This document shows, in pieces, positions 27,291-37,109 of a stretch of 61,607 bases of DNA. Both the position numbers and the translations under genes were made by a program. Where the stretch lies: NCBI GenBank assembly GCA_019114745.1, contig DXEY01000155.1, forward strand, positions 1 to 61,607, read 5' to 3'. Below the pieces are notes generated by a model. It was given only the letters and a program-made list of their open reading frames with translations. It had not been told where the DNA came from and made no database searches. This DNA comes from Candidatus Mediterraneibacter colneyensis. GTDB taxonomy: Bacteria > Bacillota > Clostridia > Lachnospirales > Lachnospiraceae. Each line of letters begins with the position of its first letter. Within the stretch, counting starts at the first letter, position 1.

Positions 27291-28693
27291 ATATCCTTTC
27301 CCATATTTTCAGGCACTCCGAAGGAAGCGAGTTCAGTCGTCAGTTCCCGGATATACCTGTGAAGCAGGGCGTCCTCTTCCTCTGACAACTGCCCGTCCGC
27401 GCTGCCGCTTTGGGTCAGGCGCTCGATCTTCTGCGAGAGCTCCGCGATATTGGAGCGGAGCACATAGATGCAGTCGTTCGGCGCGGCGTCCCCGCGGACA
27501 ATATCCTCTGCAAGAGTCTGGCATGTGGGCGCTCCGCATGATCCGCAGTCGAGACCGGGGAACATGGCGGTGAGCTGCTCCACGTCGTTCATCATCTTCA
27601 GGCTCTCCTTGAAGGTATTCCCGAGCCGGAAGACCGGTTCATACTCCACGTCGTCCGCCCAGTACAGGTTCCGGATCTCGGGATTGTCCTCCAGATGGTT
27701 TTTTGATACAGGCTGGTATTTTGTCAGCCGTTTCGTCTTTGCCATGGCGATGTATGCGTTTTCCACTGTGAGCGTGCCGCCGACGCATCCGCCGCTGCAG
27801 GCGTTGAGCTCCACGAAGGTAAGCCCGTGGAGTTTTTCGTCCTCAAGCTCTTCGAGCACCCGCAGGATATTGACGATGCCGTCCGCCGCAAGATAGTTCT
27901 CCACGAGCAGTCCGCCGGCTTCGCCCCCGGCGTTGCTCCACCCGATGCCGATGCGCCCGGAGTGGGAGAGCGGCTTTAACTGGCTTTCGTCATGCTTCAT
28001 ATGGGGCAGGAGGAGCGGATATACGTCCTTGATCGCCACCACGTTGTCGATATTGCTGCGCTCGATCCCGAGCGGGGATTTCGCGTAGGACACTTTGGAC
28101 GGACAGGGGGAGATGAAGATGATCCCGATCTCCTCCGGCTTCAGCCCTGTCTTTTTCATGGCACGCGCCCGCGCGATCTCAGCGGCTGCTTCTACCGGAG
28201 CTTTGATCGGCAGGAGCCGGGAGATGAGGGCGGGGAACTTCACCCGGATCAGCCGGATGACCGAGGGGCAGGCAGAGCTGATAAAAGGTGCTTCACTGAT
28301 GTGCTCTTTTATGTATTCCCTTGACGCCTCGGATACGAGTTCCGCTGCCGCGCTCACTTCGTACACATCATCAAACCCGAGTTTCAGAAGGGCATTGAGC
28401 ACAATGTCTACATTGGTCAGATTGTTGTACTGTGCATAGAGCGACGGCGCCGGCAGCGCCACCGTGTATTTGAAATTGTTGATCACGGAGAGCGGGTCAT
28501 ATACCGGGATCTTTGCATGGTGCGGGCAGTAGCGTATGCACCTGCCGCAGTCGATGCAGAACTTGTCTATGATGTGCGCCTTCCCGTTATGCACCCGGAT
28601 CGCCTGGGTGGGACAGTATTTGATACAGTTGATACAGCCCCGGCAGGATGCTTCCCTGAGGCGGACGGAACGTATGAATTTATTGTTGTCCAC
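27287..28693 (-). CDS. Group D-like (putative sensory) [FeFe]-hydrogenase: 2x[4Fe-4S] + H-domain + C-terminal FeS
   Basis: Two CxxCxxCxxxCP motifs; H-cluster motifs SSACP, SPCPSK, ELNACSGGCVGG; C-terminal Cx2Cx4Cx16C. Confidence 0.8.
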   Translation of the reverse strand: MDNNKFIRSVRLREASCRGCINCIKYCPTQAIRVHNGKAHIIDKFCIDCGRCIRYCPHHAKIPVYDPLSVINNFKYTVALPAPSLYAQYNNLTNVDIVLNALLKLGFDDVYEVSAAAELVSEASREYIKEHISEAPFISSACPSVIRLIRVKFPALISRLLPIKAPVEAAAEIARARAMKKTGLKPEEIGIIFISPCPSKVSYAKSPLGIERSNIDNVVAIKDVYPLLLPHMKHDESQLKPLSHSGRIGIGWSNAGGEAGGLLVENYLAADGIVNILRVLEELEDEKLHGLTFVELNACSGGCVGGTLTVENAYIAMAKTKRLTKYQPVSKNHLEDNPEIRNLYWADDVEYEPVFRLGNTFKESLKMMNDVEQLTAMFPGLDCGSCGAPTCQTLAEDIVRGDAAPNDCIYVLRSNIAELSQKIERLTQSGSADGQLSEEEDALLHRYIRELTTELASFGVPENMGKDM

Positions 28694-28732
28694 AGCATTG
28701 CCTCCTTCCGTCTCTGTTCTGCCCCGGCGGGC

Positions 28733-29155
28733 TTACAGACAGACTTTCATTGTGATCGCCGTACCCTCGCCGATCACCGTGTCAATGGTCATCTCATCGG
28801 TAAAGCGCTTCATGTTCGGCAGTCCCATCCCGGCGCCGAAGCCCAGAGAACGCACTTCTTCCCGGGCGGTGGAGAATCCCTCCTGCATCGCCTGTTCCAC
28901 ATCGGGGATCCCGGGGCCGCTGTCGGAGAGCACCATTGTGATGTCGTTGTCGGATATGGTGACTGTGATCGTCCCGCCGTTGGCGTGGATGACCATGTTG
29001 ATCTCCCCCTCGTACATGGCGATGGCGACCTTGCGGATCACCTCGCCCGGCACGCCGAGCATCTTCAGTTTGTTTTTGACGGAGCTGCTGGCTTCCCCGG
29101 CGCGGGTGAAGTCGTCGCCGTCAATGATATATGTAAAGATAAGCTGATCGCCCAT
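28733..29155 (-). CDS. RsbT/RsbW-like Ser/Thr kinase (anti-sigma regulatory factor family)
   Basis: YEGEINMVIHA N-box, DSGPGI, GFST, GAGMGLPNMKR. Confidence 0.85.
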   Translation of the reverse strand: MGDQLIFTYIIDGDDFTRAGEASSSVKNKLKMLGVPGEVIRKVAIAMYEGEINMVIHANGGTITVTISDNDITMVLSDSGPGIPDVEQAMQEGFSTAREEVRSLGFGAGMGLPNMKRFTDEMTIDTVIGEGTAITMKVCL

Positions 29156-29500
29156 TTAAGCACCTCCCCGCAGACCGTTTTCATACAGGATGCCGCAGGT
29201 GGTGAACATAAAATGATCCGTGGCAAGGACGGCAATGGATTTGCCGCGAGCCAGCGCGAGCATGTTTTCATCCGGCATCTTGCCCCGCACAAAAATGATG
29301 CAGCAGATGTCCAGCATCTCAGCGGTGCGCACGACCTGAGGATTGCACAGGCCTGTGATCAGTACGGAACACTGGCCGCACATCGCAAGGACATCGCTCA
29401 TCATATCAGCCGAAAAGACGAACTGTACATCCAGATCGGCAAGTTCTTCCCCGTACAGGAATTTCGCATCCAGGACTTGCTGCATTTCTCTGATCTTCAT
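29156..29500 (-). CDS. Stand-alone DRTGG-domain protein
   Basis: SADMMSDVLA, LITGLCNPQVVRTAEMLD, FVRGK, MFTTCGILY. Confidence 0.8.
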   Translation of the reverse strand: MKIREMQQVLDAKFLYGEELADLDVQFVFSADMMSDVLAMCGQCSVLITGLCNPQVVRTAEMLDICCIIFVRGKMPDENMLALARGKSIAVLATDHFMFTTCGILYENGLRGGA

Positions 29501-29542
29501 AAGCCCTCCTGATAATAAATTGAGATGGTTTTCGTTTCAGTC

Positions 29543-29571
29543 AGTATAACATCTGACCCTGTAAAAAGCAA
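29543..29571 (-). promoter_or_regulatory. Sigma-A promoter of the DRTGG/kinase operon
   Basis: Minus strand TTGCTT-17 bp-TATACT with extended TG. Confidence 0.6.
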
Positions 29572-29763
29572 TAATTGAGTGTACAGCATGCGGCAGCACG
29601 AATTGTTATAAGTGATTTTTGTGATATAAAACAAAATAGTCCGAAAAGTGTATATATGTCATAAAAATGAACGAAAATTAACAAATTGTAAGTGGCTTAT
29701 TGCGATATCATATGGTATCATTTATTTAATGAGCACAAAAAAACCTGTAATACACGCAAATAT

Positions 29764-29781
29764 TTGATAAATAATTAACAA
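29764..29781. promoter_or_regulatory. Rex (NADH/NAD+ sensor) operator upstream of the hydrogenase operon
   Basis: TTGATAA-ATAA-TTAACAA, one mismatch from the clostridial Rex consensus TTGTTAA-N4-TTAACAA. Confidence 0.7.
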
Positions 29782-29820
29782 AACGCGTGTTTTCGGGAAA
29801 AGAGAAATGGAGGTTGAAGA

Positions 29821-30315
29821 ATGGCAGCTAAGAAAGGAACAGTTCCATTTTCCGGGACAAAAGAACAGGAAGAAGCACTTATGAAAGCGATCGCTGAGCT
29901 CAGGGACGAAAAGGGTGCTTTGATGCCTATCCTGCAGAAAGCGCAGGATATCTACGGCTACCTTCCGATCGAGGTTCAGAAGATGATCTCGGATGAGACA
30001 GGGATCCCAATGGAGAAGATTTACGGCGTTGCGACGTTTTACTCGCAGTTTACGCTGAATCCGAAAGGAAAATACCGCATCTCTGTCTGTCTTGGAACTG
30101 CATGTTATGTCAAAGGTTCCGGCGATATCTATAACGCACTGATGGAGAAACTGGGCATCGTGGGCGGCGAATGTACTCCCGACGGGAAATTTTCGCTGGA
30201 TGCCTGCCGGTGTGTCGGCGCATGCGGCCTTGCGCCGGTCATGATGATCAATGACGAAGTATACGGCAGACTGACGGTAGACGATATTGACGGCATTCTT
30301 GCAAAATACGAGTAA
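29821..30315 (+). CDS. hydC: NuoE-like [2Fe-2S] hydrogenase subunit (HydC/HndA)
   Basis: YGVATFYSQF, VCLGTACYVKG, RCVGACGLAPV. Confidence 0.9.
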   Translation: MAAKKGTVPFSGTKEQEEALMKAIAELRDEKGALMPILQKAQDIYGYLPIEVQKMISDETGIPMEKIYGVATFYSQFTLNPKGKYRISVCLGTACYVKGSGDIYNALMEKLGIVGGECTPDGKFSLDACRCVGACGLAPVMMINDEVYGRLTVDDIDGILAKYE

Positions 30316-30318
30316 GCT

Positions 30319-30879
30319 ATGATGCCGGAGATCGCTCTGAATATTCTGGATGTGGCTGAAAATTCTGTGCGCGCAGAGGCTTCCCTGATCGAGATCACCG
30401 TATCGGTGAAGCCGGAAGCGGACTCCCTTACCGTTACGGTCAGAGACGACGGATGCGGTATGACAGAAGAGCAGCTTGAGCGGGTGCAGGATCCGTTCTA
30501 TACGACGAGGACGACCCGGAAAGTAGGGCTTGGAGTCCCGTTTTTCAGGCAGGCGGCAGAGAGCGCGGGGGGCAGCTTTCAGATTGATTCAGAAAAAGGA
30601 AAGGGAACTACAGTGACGGCGGTGTTTGCCCTGTCGCATATCGACAGGATGCCGCTTGGAGATATCAGTTCCACCATACATACGCTGATCGTTTTTAACG
30701 CTCAGACGGACTTCAGGTATACTTATGAATATGGAGACAGATGTTTTGTGCTCGATACCCGGCAGATGCGGGAGATCCTGGGAGAAGGGATCTCTTTTTC
30801 AGAGCCGGAGGTATCCGCGTTCATCCGGGAATATCTGGAGACAAATAAGGAAGAGACAGATGGCGGGGCTGAAATTTGA
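30319..30879 (+). CDS. Stand-alone HATPase_c (GHKL) protein inside the hydrogenase operon
   Basis: ILDVAENS, DDGCGM, DPFYTTR, VGLGVP, GKGT; no HisKA or sensor domain. Confidence 0.8.
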   Translation: MMPEIALNILDVAENSVRAEASLIEITVSVKPEADSLTVTVRDDGCGMTEEQLERVQDPFYTTRTTRKVGLGVPFFRQAAESAGGSFQIDSEKGKGTTVTAVFALSHIDRMPLGDISSTIHTLIVFNAQTDFRYTYEYGDRCFVLDTRQMREILGEGISFSEPEVSAFIREYLETNKEETDGGAEI

Positions 30880-30935
30880 AACTATGTTTTTCACAGCGAA
30901 TTTATTTGCTGAACTGACAGAAATGGAGGACTTAT

Positions 30936-31337
30936 ATGAAATCTCTTGAAGAATTACGCGCGATCAGAGCGAAGATGCAGGGAAAGGTCGGCGTCCGCGC
31001 GGAGAATGAGAACCAGATCCGCGTAGTGGTCGGAATGGCGACCTGCGGGATCGCCAGCGGTGCAAGACCAGTCCTGACCGCGCTTTCCGACGCGGTGCAG
31101 GAGCAGAACCTGAGCGAGAAGATCTGCGTGACCCAGACCGGGTGCATCGGACTGTGCCAGTACGAGCCGATCGTGGAAGTGATGGAACCGGGAAAAGAGA
31201 AGGTGACTTACGTGAAGATGACCCCTGAGAAGGCGCTGGAAGTGCTGCGCCTCCATCTGCAGGGCGGTCAGGTCGTGACGAAGTATACACTGAGCGCGGC
31301 TCAGGATCGGAATGCAAACCAGGGAAAGGAGGCGTAA
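30936..31337 (+). CDS. hydD: Thioredoxin-like [2Fe-2S] ferredoxin subunit (HydD/HndB)
   Basis: VGMATCGIASGA, QTGCIGLCQYEP. Confidence 0.85.
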   Translation: MKSLEELRAIRAKMQGKVGVRAENENQIRVVVGMATCGIASGARPVLTALSDAVQEQNLSEKICVTQTGCIGLCQYEPIVEVMEPGKEKVTYVKMTPEKALEVLRLHLQGGQVVTKYTLSAAQDRNANQGKEA

Positions 31338-31343
31338 GAAAAT

Positions 31344-33131
31344 ATGTATCGTTCACATGTACTCGTCTGCGGCGGAACAGGATGTACCTCTTCCGGCAGC
31401 CAGAGGATCCGGGAGAGACTGGAAAAAGAGATCGCCGCAAACGGACTGACGGAAGAAGTCGGTGTGGTACAGACCGGATGTTTCGGTCTCTGTGCCCTCG
31501 GGCCGATCATGATCGTCTATCCTGAGGGAACATTTTATTCAATGGTTCAGGAGGACGATATCCCCGAGATCGTGGCAGAGCATCTGCTCAAGGGCAGAGT
31601 TGTCACAAGGCTTCTCTATGATGAGACGACGAAGTCGGATAAGATCATCCCCCTCAACGAGACAAACTTTTATAAAAAGCAGCACAGGGTAGCGCTCCGC
31701 AACTGCGGCGTCATCAATCCTGAGAATATCGACGAATACATCGGCACGGGCGGCTATGAGGCGCTGGGTGTTGTGCTCACCGAGAAAAAGCCGGAAGATG
31801 TGATCCAGATCCTTCTGGACAGCGGGCTCAGAGGAAGGGGAGGCGCAGGATTCCCCACCGGGCTGAAGTGGAAGTTTGCCGCGGCAAATGAGGCGGATCA
31901 GAAATATGTCTGCTGTAACGCGGACGAAGGAGATCCGGGAGCGTTTATGGATCGTTCGATCCTGGAAGGCGATCCCCATGCAGTGCTGGAGGCGATGGCT
32001 ATCGCGGGCTATGCGATCGGGGCGTCCCAGGGATATATCTATGTCCGCGCCGAGTATCCCATCGCGGTGAAACGTCTGGAGATCGCCATCGGGCAGGCGA
32101 GAGAGTACGGCCTGTTAGGAAAGAATATCTTCGACAGCGGATTTGACTTCGACATCGAGCTCAGGCTCGGGGCAGGAGCGTTCGTCTGCGGCGAGGAGAC
32201 TGCGCTGATGACTTCCATCGAAGGCAACAGGGGCGAGCCGCGCCCGCGTCCGCCTTACCCGGCTCTGAAAGGGCTCTTCCAGAAGCCGACTATATTAAAT
32301 AACGTGGAAACGTATGCCAACATCCCCCAGATCATTGTCAACGGCCCGGAGTGGTTCGCCTCTATGGGAACGGAAAAATCAAAGGGCACGAAGGTCTTTG
32401 CCCTGGGAGGAAAGATCAATAATACCGGACTTGTGGAGATCCCCATGGGGACAACGCTCCGTGAGATCGTAGAAGAGATCGGAGGCGGAGTGCCAAACGG
32501 AAAGAAATTCAAGGCAGCCCAGACAGGAGGCCCTTCGGGAGGATGTATTCCGGCAGAGCACCTGGACGTCCCCATCGATTACGACAACCTGATCGCCATC
32601 GGCTCTATGATGGGATCCGGCGGACTGATCATCATGGACGAAGATACGTGTATGGTGGATATCGCCAAATTCTTCCTGGAATTTACCGTGGATGAGTCCT
32701 GTGGAAAATGTACTCCGTGCCGGATCGGAACAAGGCGTATGCTGGAGATCCTGGATAAGATCACCAAAGGGCAGGCGACGATGGAGGATCTGGATAAACT
32801 TGAGGAGCTCTGCTGTCACCTGAAAGAAAATTCTCTCTGTGCCCTCGGACAGACGGCGCCCAATCCGGTGCTTTCCACCCTGCGGTATTTCAGGGACGAG
32901 TATATCGCACATATTGTCGATAAGAAATGTCCGGCCGGTGTCTGCAAGGATCTGCTCCAGTACAGGATCGACCCGGATAAATGTAAGGGATGTACGCTCT
33001 GCGCGAGGACGTGTCCGGCTGACGCGATCATCGGTAAGGTAAAAGAAGTACATATGATCAACCCCGAGAAATGTCTGAAGTGCGGCGCCTGCATGGAGAA
33101 ATGCCGGTTCGGCGCGATCTATAAAGAATAA
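31344..33131 (+). CDS. hydB: NuoF-like FMN/NADH-binding hydrogenase subunit (HydB/HndC)
   Basis: GLRGRGGAGFPTG, CNADEGDPGAFMDR, GAFVCGEETAL, ESCGKCTPCR, two C-terminal ferredoxin motifs. Confidence 0.93.
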   Translation: MYRSHVLVCGGTGCTSSGSQRIRERLEKEIAANGLTEEVGVVQTGCFGLCALGPIMIVYPEGTFYSMVQEDDIPEIVAEHLLKGRVVTRLLYDETTKSDKIIPLNETNFYKKQHRVALRNCGVINPENIDEYIGTGGYEALGVVLTEKKPEDVIQILLDSGLRGRGGAGFPTGLKWKFAAANEADQKYVCCNADEGDPGAFMDRSILEGDPHAVLEAMAIAGYAIGASQGYIYVRAEYPIAVKRLEIAIGQAREYGLLGKNIFDSGFDFDIELRLGAGAFVCGEETALMTSIEGNRGEPRPRPPYPALKGLFQKPTILNNVETYANIPQIIVNGPEWFASMGTEKSKGTKVFALGGKINNTGLVEIPMGTTLREIVEEIGGGVPNGKKFKAAQTGGPSGGCIPAEHLDVPIDYDNLIAIGSMMGSGGLIIMDEDTCMVDIAKFFLEFTVDESCGKCTPCRIGTRRMLEILDKITKGQATMEDLDKLEELCCHLKENSLCALGQTAPNPVLSTLRYFRDEYIAHIVDKKCPAGVCKDLLQYRIDPDKCKGCTLCARTCPADAIIGKVKEVHMINPEKCLKCGACMEKCRFGAIYKE

Positions 33132-33146
33132 GGGAGGGCAGAGAAG

Positions 33147-34889
33147 ATGGAAAACGTGAATTTAAAGATCAATGGCCTGGATGTAACCGCACCTGCCGGC
33201 TCTACGATACTGGAAGCAGCTCATGCCGCAGGGATCAGGATCCCGACGCTCTGCTATCTGAAAGAGATCAATGAGATCGGCGCCTGCCGTATGTGCGTGG
33301 TAGAAGTAAAAGGGGCGAAAAGCCTCGTGGCATCCTGTGTATATCCGGTGTCGGAGGGGATGGAGGTAAAGACCAATACTCCGAAACTCCTCGAATCCAG
33401 AAGGAGGACTCTGGAGCTTCTGCTTTCCGCACATGATAAGAAATGTCTCTCATGTGTGAGGAGCGGGCACTGTGAGCTCCAGGAACTGTGCCAGGAGCTG
33501 GGCGTGACAGACGAGGATCACTTCGCCGGTGAGAGGAACCACTATGAACTGGACGACAGCGCCGTGCATATGATCCGTGACAATAATAAATGTATCCTGT
33601 GCCGCAGATGCTCTGCGGTGTGTGAAAAAGTACAGAGCGTAGGTGTGATCGGCCCGAACAACCGCGGGTTTGCCACATTTATCGGCTCGCCTTTTGACAT
33701 GGGGCTGGGAGATACGAGCTGCGTATCCTGCGGACAGTGTATCGCAGCCTGTCCGACAGGGGCGCTCTACGAGAAGAGTAATATCGACGACGTTCTTGCG
33801 GCCATCGCAGACGAGACGAAACATGTGGTCGTCCAGCCGGCTCCTTCCGTCAGGGCGGCGCTCGGCGAAGAGTTCGGATATCCTATGGGAACGGATGTAG
33901 AGGGCAAGATGGCTGCTGCGCTGAGAAGGATCGGATTTGACAAAGTGTTTGACACTGATTTCAGCGCGGATCTCACGATCATGGAGGAAGCACATGAGTT
34001 CCTCGACCGGGTGCAGAACGGAGGCGTGCTGCCGATGATGACGTCCTGTTCGCCGGGCTGGATCAAGTACTGTGAGCACTACTATCCGGATCAGCTCGCG
34101 CACCTGTCGAGCTGTAAATCACCGCAGCAGATGTTCGGAGCCATTACAAAGACATATTATGCGGAAAAGATGGGGATCGCCCCGGAAGATATCGTATGCG
34201 TCAGCGTGATGCCGTGTACGGCGAAGAAATTTGAGATCCGGAGGGAAGATCAGTATGCGGCTGGCGTACCCGACGTGGACATTTCAATTACGACAAGAGA
34301 GCTGGCGCGCCTGATCCGCAAAGTGGGAATTGATTTCCGCAGCCTTCCGGAGGAAGGATTTGACGATCCTCTGGGAGAATCATCAGGAGCGGGCGTCATC
34401 TTCGGCGCCACAGGAGGCGTGATGGAAGCTGCCCTGCGCACCGCAGTGGAGACGCTGACAGGTCAGACGCTTGAGAAAGTAGAGTTTATGGAAGTGCGCG
34501 GCACAGACGGCATCAAAGAAGCGACGTACAACGTGGCCGGAATGGATGTGAAGGTTGCTGTGGCAAGCGGGCTCTCCAATGCGAAACTTATCATGGATAA
34601 AGTGCGCGCCGGCGAGGCGGATTATCACTTTATCGAGATCATGTGCTGTCCCGGCGGCTGCGTAAACGGCGGCGGACAGCCTCAGGTACACGCAGATGTG
34701 CGGAACTTCGAGGATGTGAGAGCGATCCGTGCCAAAGCGCTGTATGACAACGACGCGGCAAAGACGATCCGGAAGTCACACGAGAATCCGTCCATCAAGC
34801 GGCTGTACCACGAGTATCTGGGCGCTCCGGGAAGTGAGAAAGCACATCATATCCTGCACACCACGTATGTGAAGCGCAGTATCAATTAG
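33147..34889 (+). CDS. hydA: Group A [FeFe]-hydrogenase catalytic subunit (probably electron-bifurcating)
   Basis: N-terminal 2Fe-2S and 4Fe-4S motifs; TSCSPGW, MPCTAKKFE, EIMCCPGGCVNGGGQP. Confidence 0.95.
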   Translation: MENVNLKINGLDVTAPAGSTILEAAHAAGIRIPTLCYLKEINEIGACRMCVVEVKGAKSLVASCVYPVSEGMEVKTNTPKLLESRRRTLELLLSAHDKKCLSCVRSGHCELQELCQELGVTDEDHFAGERNHYELDDSAVHMIRDNNKCILCRRCSAVCEKVQSVGVIGPNNRGFATFIGSPFDMGLGDTSCVSCGQCIAACPTGALYEKSNIDDVLAAIADETKHVVVQPAPSVRAALGEEFGYPMGTDVEGKMAAALRRIGFDKVFDTDFSADLTIMEEAHEFLDRVQNGGVLPMMTSCSPGWIKYCEHYYPDQLAHLSSCKSPQQMFGAITKTYYAEKMGIAPEDIVCVSVMPCTAKKFEIRREDQYAAGVPDVDISITTRELARLIRKVGIDFRSLPEEGFDDPLGESSGAGVIFGATGGVMEAALRTAVETLTGQTLEKVEFMEVRGTDGIKEATYNVAGMDVKVAVASGLSNAKLIMDKVRAGEADYHFIEIMCCPGGCVNGGGQPQVHADVRNFEDVRAIRAKALYDNDAAKTIRKSHENPSIKRLYHEYLGAPGSEKAHHILHTTYVKRSIN

Positions 34890-34906
34890 ATTTTTAATCT
34901 GTATAG

Positions 34907-34942
34907 AAAAGGGAGCTGATGCACGATGCAGCAGCTCCCTTT
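34907..34942. terminator. Bidirectional terminator after hydA
   Basis: AAAGGGAGCTG / CAGCTCCCTTT 11-bp stem with inner TGCA/TGCA. Confidence 0.75.
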
Positions 34943-34979
34943 GATCTGTTCCGGCAGGTCGGTACATTTTTTCTGTTTA

Positions 34980-37109
34980 TTATTCCAGCGAGAATCCTCC
35001 GTCCGGCCCGTCTTTATAAGCAATCTCCAGATAATCCCCTGAACTTGCGTTAGATTTTAACAGTCCGTTCCGGCTCGGGGTGACATTGCCGAGAATGAGG
35101 GCGATGTCTTCTTCGCTGTATACGACAATGTTGGATCCTCCTTCCCCGTCAGTGTCAGTGGTTATCCCGGCTGTGTCTGAGAGCCCGGAGAGTACATCGT
35201 CATATATGCCGTTTTGTACTGAGCCGCCCGAGAGGATGAGGACAGCGGAGCTGACATCTGCGGGATCGATCTCTGTCCGTATGGCACAGCCGTACTCTTC
35301 CAGAAGATCCAGTGTGTTTGTATATTCCGGATAGAGATAGAGCATCGGCATGCTGATCTGCGATGCTTTGTCCACGGCGTAAATGCCGGAGGAATAAACG
35401 GGCGCTGCTTCCGGGTCCGGCATCCTGACGGTGAGCTCTGCGATCGGAGTTCCATTCAGGAGCGTATCCGTGCTCACGTTCAGGACGTCCTTTTCGTAAG
35501 CGTCAAGCAGCGCTTTTTGCTGTGAGGCGTTCAGCCCGAGATCCTCCGGTACGGTATATGCGTCTGTCAGAGAAATACCGGTGACGTCCTCCTTGTCGAT
35601 CTGGAAGATGGGGAACAGTTCTTTCCTGAAATCCTCCTGATCGAGAAGCTGTCCGAGCACCTGTGCGAGGTCCTCATTTCTGACCGCGTACTTTCTGAAC
35701 ACCGTGCGTCCGCCGGAGAGACGGTACCGGAATACGGTCGGTGTGTATGCAAGAGTATCTTCGGACAGCGGTGCTTCATAGAGGAACTCTGTCGAGATCC
35801 CGCTCTCCAGATTTTCAATCCCGGACTGTGCCAGTGCATAGAGTTCACTCGTATATTCCGGCGGGGCATAGACTCCTGCTGCGGCTTCGGATCCTGCCTC
35901 GTAATCCAGATAGGCAAAATAAGTGTCAAAGGAATCCGGACGGATGCTGATCGCTTCGATTTTTCCTTCATCGGGCAGATAAGTGTCATATCCAAACAGG
36001 TCGAACTGGAAGACGCAGACCACTGCCAGAACTCCGCAGATGGAGAGAAGCGATGATTTCCAGCCTTTGAGCATCTTTCTGAAGTCCGTATGGTACAAAA
36101 ACTCGATGATGATGCACAGCAGCACAGCGGTAAGCAGGCTCAGCAGCAGAAGCGATGTATTCCCGGGGATCCCCATAAGGTCGGGGATCATGACTCCGAC
36201 GAAAAGTGCTGTCGGGATGACGATGAGCACCTTCAGTATGGGAGCCAGAACGGGAAAGGCAATGGCATTCCCCGCAGCTTCCGACGGCCGGACGCGGTAC
36301 AGGAGAGCAGCCCCCGCGATCAGCACTGCCGACATGAGGATGGAGGCAAGCACGCAGGACGGGCTGAAATGCCAGAACGCCCCGGTTCTGGCAAGGGTCA
36401 GGAAGAGCCCGCCGGGTGACAGATACCTTGACAATGTGTCAGCCCATGTTGTGCCAGCTGCGTAAAAACTGTCAAAAAAGGATGATTGAAACAGCGAGAA
36501 TACGGACAGTACCATGACAGGGTATACGATGACCGTCAGTGCTGCCAGCAGTCCGGTGACAGCGCGCCCCGTCAGCATGACGGCGAATACACTGGAGCTG
36601 TAGATCACGAAGATCCCGAGGATCCCGCCCAGGGCAGCCTGTGCGCACCGGGCGAAAAGCTGTGCCGTCATGACGCCTTCCGCTGCGCCGACAGCGGCAG
36701 TCAGTGCCGCGCAGATCACATAGGGCACAATAAGGATGATCAACCCGGCAAGGTATACCGTTGCAAACCATCTGGAGCGCTTCACGGGAAGGGAGTGGAA
36801 GAAGTCCAGTTTCTCCCGGGAATGGATGTACCCGAATCCGGTGAGGGCGATGAGTATCGCAAGGATCGCAAAAGCAGCCAGCCTGATGTCGGAATAAATC
36901 ACAGAGGCGCCGTTGATCAGCCCCGGGAAAGAGTCGGCGATGTTTTCATATACATAAGGGTCTGAGAGACTTTCTGAAAAAGAACTCAGATAGAGCAGCG
37001 CATATACGGGCATCATCAGAAACAGGGCGATGCATGTCATTACGGCGAGCCATCCCCTGCGCCTGATGTCGTCGAGGATCAGTTTAGTGAAGGAAATCTT
37101 TGATGTCAT
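34980..37109 (-). CDS. Multi-TM ABC exporter permease with large C-terminal soluble domain (DUF6449-like)
   Basis: DFFHSLPVKR motif, about 10 TM helices, follows the ABC ATPase. Confidence 0.75.
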   Translation of the reverse strand: MTSKISFTKLILDDIRRRGWLAVMTCIALFLMMPVYALLYLSSFSESLSDPYVYENIADSFPGLINGASVIYSDIRLAAFAILAILIALTGFGYIHSREKLDFFHSLPVKRSRWFATVYLAGLIILIVPYVICAALTAAVGAAEGVMTAQLFARCAQAALGGILGIFVIYSSSVFAVMLTGRAVTGLLAALTVIVYPVMVLSVFSLFQSSFFDSFYAAGTTWADTLSRYLSPGGLFLTLARTGAFWHFSPSCVLASILMSAVLIAGAALLYRVRPSEAAGNAIAFPVLAPILKVLIVIPTALFVGVMIPDLMGIPGNTSLLLLSLLTAVLLCIIIEFLYHTDFRKMLKGWKSSLLSICGVLAVVCVFQFDLFGYDTYLPDEGKIEAISIRPDSFDTYFAYLDYEAGSEAAAGVYAPPEYTSELYALAQSGIENLESGISTEFLYEAPLSEDTLAYTPTVFRYRLSGGRTVFRKYAVRNEDLAQVLGQLLDQEDFRKELFPIFQIDKEDVTGISLTDAYTVPEDLGLNASQQKALLDAYEKDVLNVSTDTLLNGTPIAELTVRMPDPEAAPVYSSGIYAVDKASQISMPMLYLYPEYTNTLDLLEEYGCAIRTEIDPADVSSAVLILSGGSVQNGIYDDVLSGLSDTAGITTDTDGEGGSNIVVYSEEDIALILGNVTPSRNGLLKSNASSGDYLEIAYKDGPDGGFSLE

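Noticed and set aside
28517-29512. 331-aa plus-strand ORF over the kinase/DRTGG genes
   Set aside because: Antisense to three coherent genes; no domain signal
34038-34062. TSCSP instead of TSCCP in HydA as a sign of inactivation
   Set aside because: C[CS]P is a recognised variant of motif L1, and L2/L3 are canonical
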